DNA of 32,000 bases from Pasteurella multocida (lineage in GTDB: Bacteria; Pseudomonadota; Gammaproteobacteria; Enterobacterales; Pasteurellaceae): NCBI RefSeq assembly GCF_900187275.1, contig NZ_LT906458.1:1530001-1562000 (forward strand), given 5' to 3'. The position numbers and the translations under genes are program-made. The notes under the pieces are model-generated. The model was not told the origin of the DNA, did not search any database, and was given only the letters and a program-made list of their open reading frames with translations. The first letter of the stretch is position 1; each line of letters starts with the position of its first letter. Of the stretch, positions 20,744 to 31,314 are shown piece by piece.

Positions 20744-20885
20744 TAAAACAGTCTAATCGACATCCCTTTATTCAGCAAGTATGGCGCCTATCAAACTGTT
20801 AAAAACCCTTTTTCTAGACATAGAAATAACCCTTTGATCTTATTAGATAAATAATCTAGCCAGAAAAAAGGGTTAGCAATTTAGA
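20744..20885 (-). promoter_or_regulatory. Putative CRISPR leader with IHF consensus, abutting the srmB terminator region
   Basis: AT-rich flank on the conserved-repeat side, upstream in the crRNA sense. Has a perfect IHF consensus WATCAANNNNTTR (TATCAAACTGTTA, 20789..20801) and a 12/13 match in opposite orientation (20827..20839). Confidence 0.65.
20799..20874 (-). terminator. Possible terminator for srmB within the leader-side intergenic region
   Basis: On the minus strand AACCCTTTTTTCT ... AGAAAAAGGGTTTTT: imperfect inverted repeat with a long loop and terminal T-run, downstream of the srmB stop. Confidence 0.4.
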
Positions 20886-20890
20886 TGTGA

Positions 20891-22219
20891 TTATTCTGCG
20901 TTAGCAGGAGGTGTATTGGATTTGCGACGTTTACCAATATTTTTCGTATCTTTATGACGTAGTTTCACTTTTTTCTTTTGCTCTTGTTTTTGCTTCTCTT
21001 CACGTTTTGCTTTAATGCGGGCTTTTTGTTTTTTACTGACCGTTTTAACTTCTCCCTCTTTCGGTGCTTTGGTGCGAGGAGCTAAACCTTCGATAATACG
21101 TGCTTTCAGTAATTCTTGGGTGTAACGTTTGATTTTACCCAACAATTTATAATCATGGGCTTCCACAAAAGACACCGCTACGCCTTTTTTACCTGCGCGT
21201 GCAGTACGTCCAATACGGTGCAAATAGGTATCTGCGCTGTATGGTAAGTCGAAGTTCATGACATGGCTGACATCTTCGATATCAATCCCACGTGCGGCGA
21301 CATCAGTTGCTACCAAGACCGTCACAATACCATTTTTAAGTTTATCAATAGCGTTATTGCGTTGAGTTTGTGCCATTTCACCTTCTAAATAGGTGGAACG
21401 AATACCGCGTTTACGCAAAGTTTCGGACAGTTCACGCACATCTTCACGTCGACGCACAAAAACAATACCTCGGCTCACTTGTTCTTCATCAATAAAACGT
21501 GCCAATAATTTGATTTTGTGTTCATTGCTGTCAGCATGATAGTACCATTGCTGAATTTTTTTACGCTCACGACGACTTGGTTCAGCGTCAATTTGCACGG
21601 GGTCTGTTAATAAGCGACTGGCGAAATCCACCAGCAATTCGCCCTCTAATGTGGCGGAAAATAGCAAGGTTTGTTTACGCCAGCGAGTTTCGGCGGCAAT
21701 TTTTTCGGCATCTTGTCCAAACCCCATTTGAAGCATACGATCCGCTTCATCAAAGATGAGAATTTCGACTGAACGACAGTCAAAGTTTTCTTCTTTAATG
21801 TATTGCAATAAACGTCCTGGGGTTGCCACTACGATATCTTGATTGCTGTTAAAAATTTCCCCGTGGTTTTGGTAAGCCACTCCACCGGTAATGGTCGCGA
21901 TACTCAAGTTCGTGAATTCCGCAAAGCTTTCTGCCTGCTCTGCCACTTGCATAGCGAGTTCACGAGTTGGCGTTAAAATTAAAATACGTGGGGCACCCGG
22001 TTTGCGACGTGGGTAATCAAGTAAGTGCTGAATGGCTGGCAGTAAAAAGGCGGCTGTTTTACCGGTACCTGTTGGTGCAGAGCCTAGCACGTCACGTTGT
22101 TCCATAGCGGCGGGAATCGTTTCTTGCTGAATCGCTGTTGGACGAGTGTAGCCTTTTTTAGCGAGTGCTTTCAGTAAGGCAGGAGCGAGATCAAAATCTT
22201 GAAAAGTGGCTAATGTCAT
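20891..22219 (-). CDS. srmB: ATP-dependent RNA helicase SrmB (DEAD-box)
   Basis: DEAD-box motifs APTGTGKT, PTRELAMQ, DEAD, SAT and HRIGRTARAG, with a basic C-terminal tail. Divergent from trmN6, as in gammaproteobacterial srmB/yfiC loci. Confidence 0.94.
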   Translation of the reverse strand: MTLATFQDFDLAPALLKALAKKGYTRPTAIQQETIPAAMEQRDVLGSAPTGTGKTAAFLLPAIQHLLDYPRRKPGAPRILILTPTRELAMQVAEQAESFAEFTNLSIATITGGVAYQNHGEIFNSNQDIVVATPGRLLQYIKEENFDCRSVEILIFDEADRMLQMGFGQDAEKIAAETRWRKQTLLFSATLEGELLVDFASRLLTDPVQIDAEPSRRERKKIQQWYYHADSNEHKIKLLARFIDEEQVSRGIVFVRRREDVRELSETLRKRGIRSTYLEGEMAQTQRNNAIDKLKNGIVTVLVATDVAARGIDIEDVSHVMNFDLPYSADTYLHRIGRTARAGKKGVAVSFVEAHDYKLLGKIKRYTQELLKARIIEGLAPRTKAPKEGEVKTVSKKQKARIKAKREEKQKQEQKKKVKLRHKDTKNIGKRRKSNTPPANAE

Positions 22220-22330
22220 GAGTATGGGTTTCTATCATTGTAAAATTGTGGCAGATTATAGCGCACTTTGTCCGTGTTGCGAAATGAAGACGCTATTTGT
22301 ACCAAAAGGCGGTCAATATTAAGGAAAAAT

Positions 22331-23044
22331 ATGTCAGCAAAACAAAACGGTTTTACCTTTAAACAATTTCATATTGAGCACCATCGTTGTGCGATGAAAG
22401 TAGGCACTGACGGGATTTTATTAGGTGCGTGGGCGGATGTCAGTCAAGCTGAACGGATTCTCGATTTGGGAACTGGCACAGGTTTAATCGCCTTGATGTT
22501 AGCACAACGTAGCACCAAAGAAAGCGAAATTCATGCCGTCGAATTAGATCAGGCTGCTTATTTACAAGCACAGGCAAATATTCACGCTTCGCCATGGGCA
22601 CAGCGTGTGCATGTCTATCAACAAGATGCCGCCGAATTTTGCCGAAACGCTGTGAATAAGTTTGATTTAATTGTGGCAAATCCCCCTTATTTTCCACAGG
22701 GTGTGGACTGTGCTACGCCACAACGTGATCTCGCACGTTATACTGCCACGCATCGTCATGTTGATTGGCTAAATTGGGCATCTCATTGTCTTAGCGAGCA
22801 AGGCAAAATCAGCATGGTGTTGCCTTTTGAGGCGGGTGAAACGTTGTTAAAACAGACCGCACTTTATTGTATTGCCCGTTGTGAAGTGATCACTAAAAAA
22901 GGCAAAGCTCCACAACGTTTACTGCTCACATTTTCTTTGCAAGCCCAACCGTTGCAGCCAAGCCAATTGATTATTTATGATGAAAGCAATCGCTATCATC
23001 CGGATTTTATTGGCTTAACCAAAGATTTTTATTTAGCGTTTTAA
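22331..23044 (+). CDS. trmN6: tRNA1(Val) (adenine(37)-N6)-methyltransferase
   Basis: [45 protein letters not shown] and the IVANPPYF catalytic motif. Start set to the ATG at 22331. Confidence 0.93.
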   Translation: MSAKQNGFTFKQFHIEHHRCAMKVGTDGILLGAWADVSQAERILDLGTGTGLIALMLAQRSTKESEIHAVELDQAAYLQAQANIHASPWAQRVHVYQQDAAEFCRNAVNKFDLIVANPPYFPQGVDCATPQRDLARYTATHRHVDWLNWASHCLSEQGKISMVLPFEAGETLLKQTALYCIARCEVITKKGKAPQRLLLTFSLQAQPLQPSQLIIYDESNRYHPDFIGLTKDFYLAF

Positions 23045-23050
23045 GCACAC

Positions 23051-23074
23051 AAAAAGGGAGCGAATATCGCTCCC
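23051..23074 (-). terminator. Terminator downstream of pnuC
   Basis: Perfect hairpin GGGAGCGA-ata-TCGCTCCC followed by TTTTT on the minus strand. Confidence 0.8.
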
Positions 23075-23091
23075 ATATCAATTGATAAAGT

Positions 23092-23796
23092 TTATTGTAC
23101 TGACTGACGATGGGCTTTTTCCAATTTTGTCCAGTTGTAATAGCCATACAGTGAGTTGAGTAAATAAGCAGAATACATGGTCACCATCGCAAGCGATCCT
23201 TCTTTGGCCTGTGTCCACAACACAATGGAAATCACATTCAGTGCAATCCACAAAAGCCATTGTTCACGGTAACGCAAAATCATGAGAAGCTGTGCTACGA
23301 CCACGATAACTGTGGTTAGCCCATCTAGCCCTGTTGAACTTCCGCCTGCGGCATTCAATGCTTGCACGAACAATAAAGTACCTATCGTGATAGTACCCAG
23401 TACGATTGCCCAGCCTTTTAAGGTTAAGGATTTGGCAATCACACTTTCTGCGCCTTCACTGCCTTTCTGTAAATTCTCACGCCATAAGAAATAACCAATA
23501 AATTGTGCGGGAATATACACATACAATACCGTATTCATCTCGCCGAGATAATTGGCTTGCCAAGCCACATAAAAGTAAGTGTAGGCAAAAATCAGCCCAA
23601 AGAAGTAGTTACTCACTTTTCCTTTACTGACAAACACCACACATAAAATGCCAGAAATACCTGAAATCATGCCCAAAATCGAATCTGGGTTTTGGATATA
23701 AATGACAATCTGCGCAATTAAAAACAGACTTAACCACGCCACTTCAAAAGGCTTCCAGCCTCCAAGAAATTCATTTTTTACGGCTTGTAAATTCAT
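23092..23796 (-). CDS. pnuC: Nicotinamide riboside transporter PnuC
   Basis: 234-aa multi-pass protein with PnuC-typical SGISGILCVVFVSKGKVSNYFFGLIFAYTYFYVAW and AQLLMILRYREQWLLWIALNVISIVLW. Confidence 0.93.
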   Translation of the reverse strand: MNLQAVKNEFLGGWKPFEVAWLSLFLIAQIVIYIQNPDSILGMISGISGILCVVFVSKGKVSNYFFGLIFAYTYFYVAWQANYLGEMNTVLYVYIPAQFIGYFLWRENLQKGSEGAESVIAKSLTLKGWAIVLGTITIGTLLFVQALNAAGGSSTGLDGLTTVIVVVAQLLMILRYREQWLLWIALNVISIVLWTQAKEGSLAMVTMYSAYLLNSLYGYYNWTKLEKAHRQSVQ

Positions 23797-24071
23797 GCTG
23801 CTCTTCTCCTACAATGAAATTTAGGTTGATTTTTACATCGCTGATTACAAATGTCAATGATAAGCTACATTATCAATTATGAATCCATAATCAAGATATT
23901 TTTTGTTATATACAGATATAATACAAGGTTATTTTTTCTTCCCTCACATCCAAACAGAGATTTCGTTTTATTTTTGAGTGCAAGATCGCTAAAATAGCCG
24001 GCTATTTTTTAATGAAAGAACACGTCTTATATTTTTTATCAAGTCATCAAAACAAAGAGAATTATAACATT

Positions 24072-26975
24072 ATGACATTTGCAGTCGGTCAACGTTGGAT
24101 GAGTGAAAGTGAGAATAATCTCGGCTTAGGTTTAATTGTCGCCATAGATATGCGCACTGTCACCATTCTATTTCCTGCTTCTGAAGAGCAACGTATTTAT
24201 GCTTTAAACTCTGCGCCTTTAACGCGCGTCTTATTTCAAATTGGCGATGAAATTGTGCATCATGAAGGCTGGAAAGGTAATGTCTTGGACATTCTTGAGA
24301 ATAACGGTGTGGCGTTTTATTTACTCAAACGACAAGATAACGGCGAAGAAATCACGATTCAAGAAAGGGATATTGCTCATCAAATGACCTTTAGTAAGCC
24401 ACAAGATCGCTTATTTACCACCCAAATTGACCGTAATGAACATTTCACCCTACGTTACCAAGCTCTGACTCACCAACAAGCCCAATTCCAATCGCCTTTA
24501 CGTGGCTTACGCGGCATTCGTGCCGGCTTGATTCCACACCAGTTACATATTGCCAGAGAAGTAGGACAGCGTACCGCCCCTCGTGTGTTGCTCGCTGATG
24601 AAGTGGGATTAGGCAAAACCATTGAAGCAGGTATGATTTTACAGCAACAATTGTTTGCTGAAAAAGTGGAACGGGTTTTAATCATTGTGCCGGAAACCTT
24701 GCAACATCAATGGCTCGTGGAAATGCTACGCCGTTTTAACTTGCACTTTGCTTTATTTGATGAGGAACGCTGTGCCGATTTTGAAGATCCTGCTTCTGCT
24801 TTATGGATTAACCCATTTAGCACGGAATCACAGATTATTTGTGCCTTAGATTGGCTATGTGAAAAACCAAAACGTGTCGAACAGCTCCTCGAAGCGGGCT
24901 TTGATATGCTGATTGTGGATGAAGCTCACCACCTTGGCTGGTCAGAACATAACCCAAGTTTGGAATATCAATTAGTCGAACAGCTTGCACGTCAAATTCC
25001 CGCGGTGCTCTTGCTGACCGCCACGCCAGAACAGCTCGGACAAGAAAGTCATTTTGCCCGTTTAAGTTTGCTGGACCCCGATCGTTTCTATGATTATCAA
25101 GCCTTTGTACAAGAACAGCAACAGTACCAACCTGTTGCCGATGCGGTGCAAAGTTTATTGGCGGATAAACCCTTAAGTACGGTGGAAAAAAACCATATTG
25201 CTGATTTGTTATCCGAGCAAGATGTCGAACCAATGTTAAAAGTGATCGACTCACAAGCTCACGACGAACAAAAAGCCCTGGCGCGTCAAGAGCTTATCGA
25301 CAACCTGATTGATCGCCATGGCACAAGCCGTGTGTTATTCCGCAATACCAGACAAGGGGTGAAAAGTTTCCCACATCGTACTTACAACCAAATTACCCTT
25401 GAGTTGCCAAAACAATACAATAATGCGGCGAATGTGTTAGCGATGTTAGGAGAAAAAAGCGAAAACGATTCTTTTTACCCGGAACAGATGTTCCAAAAAC
25501 TCAATCCTGATGCTCGCTGGTGGGAATTTGATCCTCGTCTAGCATGGTTAATTACCTTCTTAAAAAATCACCGAGAAGAAAAAGTGTTGGTGATTTGCCG
25601 ACATGCGAATACCGCCATTCAATTAGAACAAGCCTTGCGTGAAAAAGAAGCTATTCGTGCGGCGGTTTTCCATGAAAAACTCAGCATTGTGGAGCGTGAT
25701 CGCGCAGCAGCCTATTTTGCTCAACAAGAAGACGGGGCACAGGTATTACTCAGCTCAAGCATTGGTTCGGAAGGGCGCAACTTCCAATTTGCGAGTCATT
25801 TAGTGCTGTTTAACTTGCCTGATGATCCGGATCTCTTAGAACAATGTATCGGTCGTTTGGATCGTATTGGTCAAAGTCGTGATATTCAAATTCATGTGCC
25901 TTGCTTTGCTGACACCGCCCAAGTGGTACTTGCGCGTTGGTATCATGAGGGCTTAAATGCCTTTGAAGAAACTTGCCCAATGGGTATGACCTTGTTTGAA
26001 ACACATCAAACACAGCTCAATAAATTTTTACAAAAACCGACCGCACTTGAAGGCTTTGCAGAATTTGTTAGCCTCACACGCAAACAGCAACATGAACTAA
26101 AACAGGCTTTAGAAAAAGGACGTGATCGCTTATTAGAACTGAACTCCAACGGGGGCGAACAAGCGCAACAGTTGGCAACAGATATTGCTGAACAAGATAG
26201 TACGACAGAACTGGTGAACTTCACTTTAAATCTGTTTGATATTATTGGCGTTGATCAAGAAGATTTGGGCGAAAAATCCATTGTGATCACACCAGCAAGT
26301 AATATGCTTGTGCCCGATTTTCCGGGCTTAAAAGAAGAAGGCGCAACTGTCACCTTTGACCGTCAACTTTCACTGGCACGCGAAGATGTCGAGTTTATGA
26401 GCTGGGATCACCCACTCATTCGTCACGGTATTGATCTGATCACTTCAGGTGATATCGGCAAAAGTGCGGTCAGTTTATTAATTAATAAAGCCTTGCCAGC
26501 AGGGACGTTACTGTTGGAAATGATTTATGTGGTGGAAGCACAAGCACCGAAAGGCTTACAGCTTACCCGTTTCTTACCACCTACACCAATCCGTTTATTA
26601 TTGGATCAAAAAGGCAATAACTTAGCGGAACAGGTGTCGTTCAATGCATTACAAAAACAGTTAAAGCCGATTGGCAAAAATATGGCAAATAAAGTGGTGA
26701 AAATGGTGCGTCCGAACATTGAGCAGTTAGTCAAACTCAGTGAGCAAAAAATCGTTGCACAAGCACAACAAATTATCCACAATACACAACAGCTTGCAGA
26801 TCAGACATTAAGTGCAGAATTAAACCGTTTAACGGCGTTACAAGCAGTGAATAAAAACATTCGCCAAGATGAAGTCGATGCACTCGAAAACATTCGCAGC
26901 CAGTCCCTCGCCCAGCTACAACAAGCAACCTGGCGTTTAGACAGCTTGCGTGTGATTGTGAGTAACAAAGAATAA
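24072..26975 (+). CDS. rapA: RNA polymerase-associated protein RapA
   Basis: About 967 aa. SWI2/SNF2 helicase motifs [39 protein letters not shown] and [37 protein letters not shown]. Start set at [20 protein letters not shown]. Confidence 0.96.
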   Translation: MTFAVGQRWMSESENNLGLGLIVAIDMRTVTILFPASEEQRIYALNSAPLTRVLFQIGDEIVHHEGWKGNVLDILENNGVAFYLLKRQDNGEEITIQERDIAHQMTFSKPQDRLFTTQIDRNEHFTLRYQALTHQQAQFQSPLRGLRGIRAGLIPHQLHIAREVGQRTAPRVLLADEVGLGKTIEAGMILQQQLFAEKVERVLIIVPETLQHQWLVEMLRRFNLHFALFDEERCADFEDPASALWINPFSTESQIICALDWLCEKPKRVEQLLEAGFDMLIVDEAHHLGWSEHNPSLEYQLVEQLARQIPAVLLLTATPEQLGQESHFARLSLLDPDRFYDYQAFVQEQQQYQPVADAVQSLLADKPLSTVEKNHIADLLSEQDVEPMLKVIDSQAHDEQKALARQELIDNLIDRHGTSRVLFRNTRQGVKSFPHRTYNQITLELPKQYNNAANVLAMLGEKSENDSFYPEQMFQKLNPDARWWEFDPRLAWLITFLKNHREEKVLVICRHANTAIQLEQALREKEAIRAAVFHEKLSIVERDRAAAYFAQQEDGAQVLLSSSIGSEGRNFQFASHLVLFNLPDDPDLLEQCIGRLDRIGQSRDIQIHVPCFADTAQVVLARWYHEGLNAFEETCPMGMTLFETHQTQLNKFLQKPTALEGFAEFVSLTRKQQHELKQALEKGRDRLLELNSNGGEQAQQLATDIAEQDSTTELVNFTLNLFDIIGVDQEDLGEKSIVITPASNMLVPDFPGLKEEGATVTFDRQLSLAREDVEFMSWDHPLIRHGIDLITSGDIGKSAVSLLINKALPAGTLLLEMIYVVEAQAPKGLQLTRFLPPTPIRLLLDQKGNNLAEQVSFNALQKQLKPIGKNMANKVVKMVRPNIEQLVKLSEQKIVAQAQQIIHNTQQLADQTLSAELNRLTALQAVNKNIRQDEVDALENIRSQSLAQLQQATWRLDSLRVIVSNKE

Positions 26976-27055
26976 AACAGAGTAAAAACCTAGCGCACTT
27001 TTCAAGTAAAACGGCACAGGCACAATGCGTGTGCCAAGAACATTGAGCAAACAAA

Positions 27056-27715
27056 ATGGCATTAATCAGTTACACCCCACCGACCGATCCTTACCTTGAT
27101 ATCGTGCATTACGATGATCATTTTGTGGTGATCAACAAACCGAGCGGCTTGCTCTCCGTGCCGGGTAACCAGCCCCAATATTACGACAGCGCCATGTCGC
27201 GCGTGAAAGAAAAGTACGGTTTCTGTGAACCCGCCCATCGTTTAGATATGTCCACTAGCGGTTTGATTTTGTTTGCCTTGAGCAAAGCGGCCGATCGGGA
27301 ACTGAAACGCCAGTTTCGTGAACGTGAACCGAAAAAACATTATCAAGCATTGGTGTGGGGACATCTGGAGGAAGACCAAGGGGAAGTCAACTTGCCATTA
27401 ATTTGTGACTGGGAAAACCGCCCTCGCCAAAAAATTTGCTTTGAGCGGGGTAAACCAGCGCTCACGTTATATGAGGTGCTAGCCCGCTATCCTAACAACA
27501 CAACAAGAGTGAAACTCACACCAATTACAGGACGTTCTCACCAATTGAGATTGCATATGCTTGCCCTTGGACACCCAATCTTAGGTGATAAATTCTATGC
27601 CCCACCACAAGCCAAAGCCCTCTCGCCTCGCTTGTGTTTACACGCAGAACAGCTAGCATTTCGCCACCCAATTACGCAAGAATGGCTAAGCTTTAGTGCG
27701 CCACCTGCGTTTTAA
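27056..27715 (+). CDS. rluA: Dual-specificity rRNA/tRNA pseudouridine synthase RluA
   Basis: VVINKPSGLLSVPG and the catalytic HRLDMSTSGLILFAL motif, about 219 aa. Directly downstream of rapA. Confidence 0.94.
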   Translation: MALISYTPPTDPYLDIVHYDDHFVVINKPSGLLSVPGNQPQYYDSAMSRVKEKYGFCEPAHRLDMSTSGLILFALSKAADRELKRQFREREPKKHYQALVWGHLEEDQGEVNLPLICDWENRPRQKICFERGKPALTLYEVLARYPNNTTRVKLTPITGRSHQLRLHMLALGHPILGDKFYAPPQAKALSPRLCLHAEQLAFRHPITQEWLSFSAPPAF

Positions 27716-27778
27716 TTAAGTAAAACCGATTTTAAATGGTACAATCTACCATCAACGATGAATGAAAGAGAAAAGATT

Positions 27779-28348
27779 ATGGCTCGTAAGAAGAAAACAC
27801 GCCGCGTCAGCGATATTATGCCGGCTCGTAAAGTCGATAAAAAAGTCGAATTGCCAAAGGGAAAACCTGGTAAGAAATTAACACGCTATGAATTAGATGC
27901 CAAAGCGCGTGAAGACAAAAAGAAAAAGAAACGCAAAGGCTTAGCCTCTGGCTCTCGTCATAGTGCCACAGAAAACAATAATAAACATCAAGCGTTGGAG
28001 AAAAAAGATCCGCGTATTGGTAGCCGTAAAAAAGTGCCGTTAGTTGTGGAATTTGTGAATAAGCCAGAAAAAGGCATGACTATTCCACCGATGAAATTAG
28101 AGGAAAAACTGCCAAAACAAGATCCAATGCTAGAGTTGGAGTTACTCGAAAGTAACGAATGTTTAAACCAGCTGTTAGACGATTTGGAAGCGGGCAAAAC
28201 CTTAAGTGCAGAAGATCAACAATTTGTCGATGACTGTTTAGATCGTATTGCAGAATTAATGGACGAGCTAGGCATTTCAGAAGATGACGATCCTGAAGAA
28301 GATCTCTTACGCACCTTTGAAAAAATCGATATTAACCAATTTAGATAA
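27779..28348 (+). CDS. yihI: Der GTPase-activating protein YihI
   Basis: [26 protein letters not shown] and acidic C-terminus [35 protein letters not shown] are YihI-like. Confidence 0.92.
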   Translation: MARKKKTRRVSDIMPARKVDKKVELPKGKPGKKLTRYELDAKAREDKKKKKRKGLASGSRHSATENNNKHQALEKKDPRIGSRKKVPLVVEFVNKPEKGMTIPPMKLEEKLPKQDPMLELELLESNECLNQLLDDLEAGKTLSAEDQQFVDDCLDRIAELMDELGISEDDDPEEDLLRTFEKIDINQFR

Positions 28349-28350
28349 GT

Positions 28351-28782
28351 ATGATGTGGACGAACATTTTATTGATTCTTGCCGTGCTGGTTATTGTGGC
28401 AATGGCGAGCTATGCGGGCTACTTATTATTGGCATTGCAAAAGCAGAAAAAAGCCATTGCCAATATGCGTACTGCCCGTAGTCAGCGCTTAACCGAAAGT
28501 ATTGTGATTATTGCGAAAGCCATGCAAAATGGCGATTGTAATCATTCGGAAGGCGTCATTCGCTTAAAAATGTTGCTTGATCCCTTGGGTAAAAAGCTCA
28601 AAAATTATCAAGCCATGTATCAGCTGTATGAAGTGGTAATGGAAATGCCGACTCATGAAAAGCGTCGCGAGTTAAAGAAAAATGAACGTATGCGTTTAGA
28701 CTTACAACGTGAAAGCGCCGAAGCGGAATTAGAGCAGAAAATTCGCTTAGAATTACAGCAATTATTAATTGATATGAAGTAA
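28351..28782 (+). CDS. DUF2489 domain-containing protein, single-pass membrane
   Basis: 143 aa: N-terminal TM helix, then NMRTARSQRLTESIVIIAKAMQNGDCNHSEGVIRLKMLLDPLG. Located between yihI and hemN. Confidence 0.82.
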   Translation: MMWTNILLILAVLVIVAMASYAGYLLLALQKQKKAIANMRTARSQRLTESIVIIAKAMQNGDCNHSEGVIRLKMLLDPLGKKLKNYQAMYQLYEVVMEMPTHEKRRELKKNERMRLDLQRESAEAELEQKIRLELQQLLIDMK

Positions 28783-28805
28783 ATGGAATCTTGTTGGGGG
28801 AAATC

Positions 28806-30173
28806 ATGTCCGATATTGTTTGGGATTTGGCGCTTATTCAAAAATATAACCAGTCTGGTCCACGTTATACGTCCTATCCAACGGCGTTGGAATTTAATGA
28901 AAATTATACCAACCAAGATTTTATTCAGGCGACAAAACGCTATCCAAATCGTCCCCTTTCACTTTATGTCCATATCCCATTTTGCCATAAGCTGTGCTAT
29001 TTCTGTGCCTGTAATAAAACCATTACTCGTCACCAACACAAAGCGGATATTTATCTCGACTTTTTAGAACGTGAAATAGAAAACCGTGCATCGCTATTTA
29101 AAAATCGTATCGCAACCCAAGTACATTGGGGCGGGGGGACGCCAACTTATTTAACAGAGCAACAGTCCGCACGTTTAATGGCGATGCTACGCAAACATTT
29201 TACCATTGCCCCTGATGCGGAAATCAGCATTGAAATGGATCCGCGTGAAATTGAACTCAATATGCTCGATCATTTACGTCGCATTGGTTTTAATCGCATG
29301 AGTATGGGTGTGCAAGATTTCAATAAAGACGTGCAAAAAGCCATTAACCGTGTACAAGATGAAGACTTTATTGAAGCGCTATTAAAACGTGCGCGTGAGT
29401 TGGGTTTCCAATCCACTAACCTCGATTTAATTTATGGTCTGCCACTTCAAAACGTCGATAGTTTTATGTTCACTTTGCAAAAAGTCATTGCATTAAACCC
29501 CGATCGTTTAAGTGTGTTCAATTACGCCCACTTACCAAGCCGTTTCGCTGGGCAAGCGAAGATTAAAAATGAACAATTGCCGGCACCAGAAACCAAATTA
29601 ACCATTTTGCAAAAAATGATAGAAACCTTAGGTGATGCAGGTTACAAATTTATTGGCATGGATCATTTCGCCAAACCAGATGATGAACTGGCGATCGCCC
29701 AAAAACAAGGTGTATTGCACCGCAATTTCCAAGGCTACACTACACAAGAAGAATGTGATTTACTCGGCTTAGGTGTCTCGGCGATCAGCTTGTTAGGCGA
29801 CACTTACGCACAAAATCAAAAAGAATTAAAACATTATTATACGGCGATTGATAACACCGGTATTGCACTGCACAAAGGTTTTGCCATGAGCGAAGAGGAT
29901 TGCTTACGCCGTGATGTGATCAAACAATTAATCTGTAACTTCAAATTAGATTATCAACCGATTGAACAGCAATACGGCATTCAATTTACTTCGCACTTTG
30001 CCGAAGATTTAAAACTGCTTGCGCCATTATCTGAAGACGGTCTATTAACGATTGGAGAGAAAGATATTCAGGTATCGGCGAAGGGGCGTTTATTGATTCG
30101 CAATATTTGCCTTTGTTTTGATACTTATTCCAGAGAACAGGCGAAACGCCAACAGTTCTCCCGAATTATTTAA
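28806..30173 (+). CDS. hemN: Oxygen-independent coproporphyrinogen III oxidase
   Basis: Radical SAM motif CHKLCYFCACNK and GPRYTSYPTALEF, VHWGGGTPTYL, GYTTQEECDLLGLGVSAIS. Start set at MSDIVWDLALI. Confidence 0.97.
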   Translation: MSDIVWDLALIQKYNQSGPRYTSYPTALEFNENYTNQDFIQATKRYPNRPLSLYVHIPFCHKLCYFCACNKTITRHQHKADIYLDFLEREIENRASLFKNRIATQVHWGGGTPTYLTEQQSARLMAMLRKHFTIAPDAEISIEMDPREIELNMLDHLRRIGFNRMSMGVQDFNKDVQKAINRVQDEDFIEALLKRARELGFQSTNLDLIYGLPLQNVDSFMFTLQKVIALNPDRLSVFNYAHLPSRFAGQAKIKNEQLPAPETKLTILQKMIETLGDAGYKFIGMDHFAKPDDELAIAQKQGVLHRNFQGYTTQEECDLLGLGVSAISLLGDTYAQNQKELKHYYTAIDNTGIALHKGFAMSEEDCLRRDVIKQLICNFKLDYQPIEQQYGIQFTSHFAEDLKLLAPLSEDGLLTIGEKDIQVSAKGRLLIRNICLCFDTYSREQAKRQQFSRII

Positions 30174-30213
30174 ACAAACTTTTTGAAAAACCACCGCACT
30201 TTGGGAGAAAACC

Positions 30214-30882
30214 ATGTCCATTTCAAAAACAGATATCCTAAATGCCTTTCATTTTCGTCACGCTTGCAAAGCCTATGATCCAAGTAAGAAAATCAGTGAA
30301 GAGGATTTCCGTTTTATTTTAGAAACAGGTCGCCTTTCGCCGAGCTCATTTGGTTTCGAACCTTGGAAGTTCTTAGTGATTGAAAACCCCGACATCAAAG
30401 CATTAATTCGTGATACGGCTTGGGGTGCGAAAGATAAAGTGATGGATTGCAGCCATTTTGTGGTGGTGTTAGTGCGCCAACCAGAGACCTTACTTGCTGA
30501 TGGTGAATATGTGCAACATATGATGCGAGATATCCATCATATCCCTGAAGAAATGCGCAAAATCCGTCAAAATTTCTATCGTACGTTTAGCGAACAGGAT
30601 TTTGCCTTAACTGAGAATCCAAAAGCCTTTTACGATTGGGCATGTCGCCAAAGCTATATTGCCCTGGCAAATATGCTGACCAGTGCAGCGATGATCGGCA
30701 TCGACTCAACCCCAATTGAAGGTTTCCCATTGGAAAAAATGGATCATATTTTTGTGGAACAAGGGCTTTATGATCCGAAAACCTATAAACTGAGTGTGAT
30801 GATCGCCTTTGGTTACCGTTTAAACGAGCCAAAAGCCAAAACACGCCAAGCCTTTGATGACGTGGTGGAGTGGGTAAGATAA
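30214..30882 (+). CDS. NAD(P)H-dependent oxidoreductase, nitroreductase family
   Basis: FHFRHACKAYDPSKKISEEDFRFILETGRLSPSSFGFEPWKFLVI is the nitroreductase FMN-binding N-terminus. About 222 aa. Confidence 0.9.
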   Translation: MSISKTDILNAFHFRHACKAYDPSKKISEEDFRFILETGRLSPSSFGFEPWKFLVIENPDIKALIRDTAWGAKDKVMDCSHFVVVLVRQPETLLADGEYVQHMMRDIHHIPEEMRKIRQNFYRTFSEQDFALTENPKAFYDWACRQSYIALANMLTSAAMIGIDSTPIEGFPLEKMDHIFVEQGLYDPKTYKLSVMIAFGYRLNEPKAKTRQAFDDVVEWVR

Positions 30883-30910
30883 CTCCACCAATTTTGTCAT
30901 CGGAAGACAT

Positions 30911-30960
30911 AAAAATGGCGAATCCGCTTGACTTGAGAGAAGCCTGATTCGCCCATTTTT
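30911..30960. terminator. Bidirectional terminator between the nitroreductase and hipB-like genes
   Basis: AAAAATGG-CGAAT...ATTCGCCCATTTTT stem with a one-base bulge, A-run and T-run at the ends. Confidence 0.75.
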
Positions 30961-30977
30961 ATGTGAGCTTGGTCACA

Positions 30978-31313
30978 TTAAGCTGTCGAAAAAAGTTCCT
31001 TTAATAATGCCTTAGAAACAGGTACCAAGCCGAGTTCCAGACCAAAGGGTTTAAACACTTTATTAATCGTTTCTACACTATAATTACCCTTATCATTCTC
31101 AATATTCGATAGGGTCTGGCGTGATACCTTTACTAACTGAATATAGTGTTGTTGATTAATACCGAACATTTCAATACGCAATTTACGCAATGCTTCACCT
31201 TGGCTCAATTCCCCCATTAGCATCGCTTGAATGATTTCATTACGTACTTTCTTACGATCAATTTCCGCAACACTTGCCCCTTTGGTAGAGGCATTTCTTC
31301 GAGTGATTTGCAT
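30978..31313 (-). CDS. HTH (XRE/HipB-like) transcriptional regulator, putative antitoxin
   Basis: 111-aa ORF with HTH LVKVSRQTLSNIENDKGNYSVETINKVFKPFGLELGLVP. Starts 1 nt after the upstream hipA-like stop. Confidence 0.87.
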   Translation of the reverse strand: MQITRRNASTKGASVAEIDRKKVRNEIIQAMLMGELSQGEALRKLRIEMFGINQQHYIQLVKVSRQTLSNIENDKGNYSVETINKVFKPFGLELGLVPVSKALLKELFSTA

Positions 31314-31314
31314 C

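Noticed and set aside
20776-20803. A degenerate 19th CRISPR repeat in exact 60-nt phase (caagtatggcgcctatcaaactgttaaa, 15/28 matches)
   Set aside because: It keeps only GCCTAT and GTTAA-like fragments. The same bases form a perfect IHF consensus, which explains the conservation better at a leader position. Leader alignments could reopen this.
27012-27034. GGCAC...GTGCC inverted repeat between rapA and rluA as a terminator
   Set aside because: Short stem with a long loop and no T-run. It lies close to the rluA start, so there is no good support for termination.
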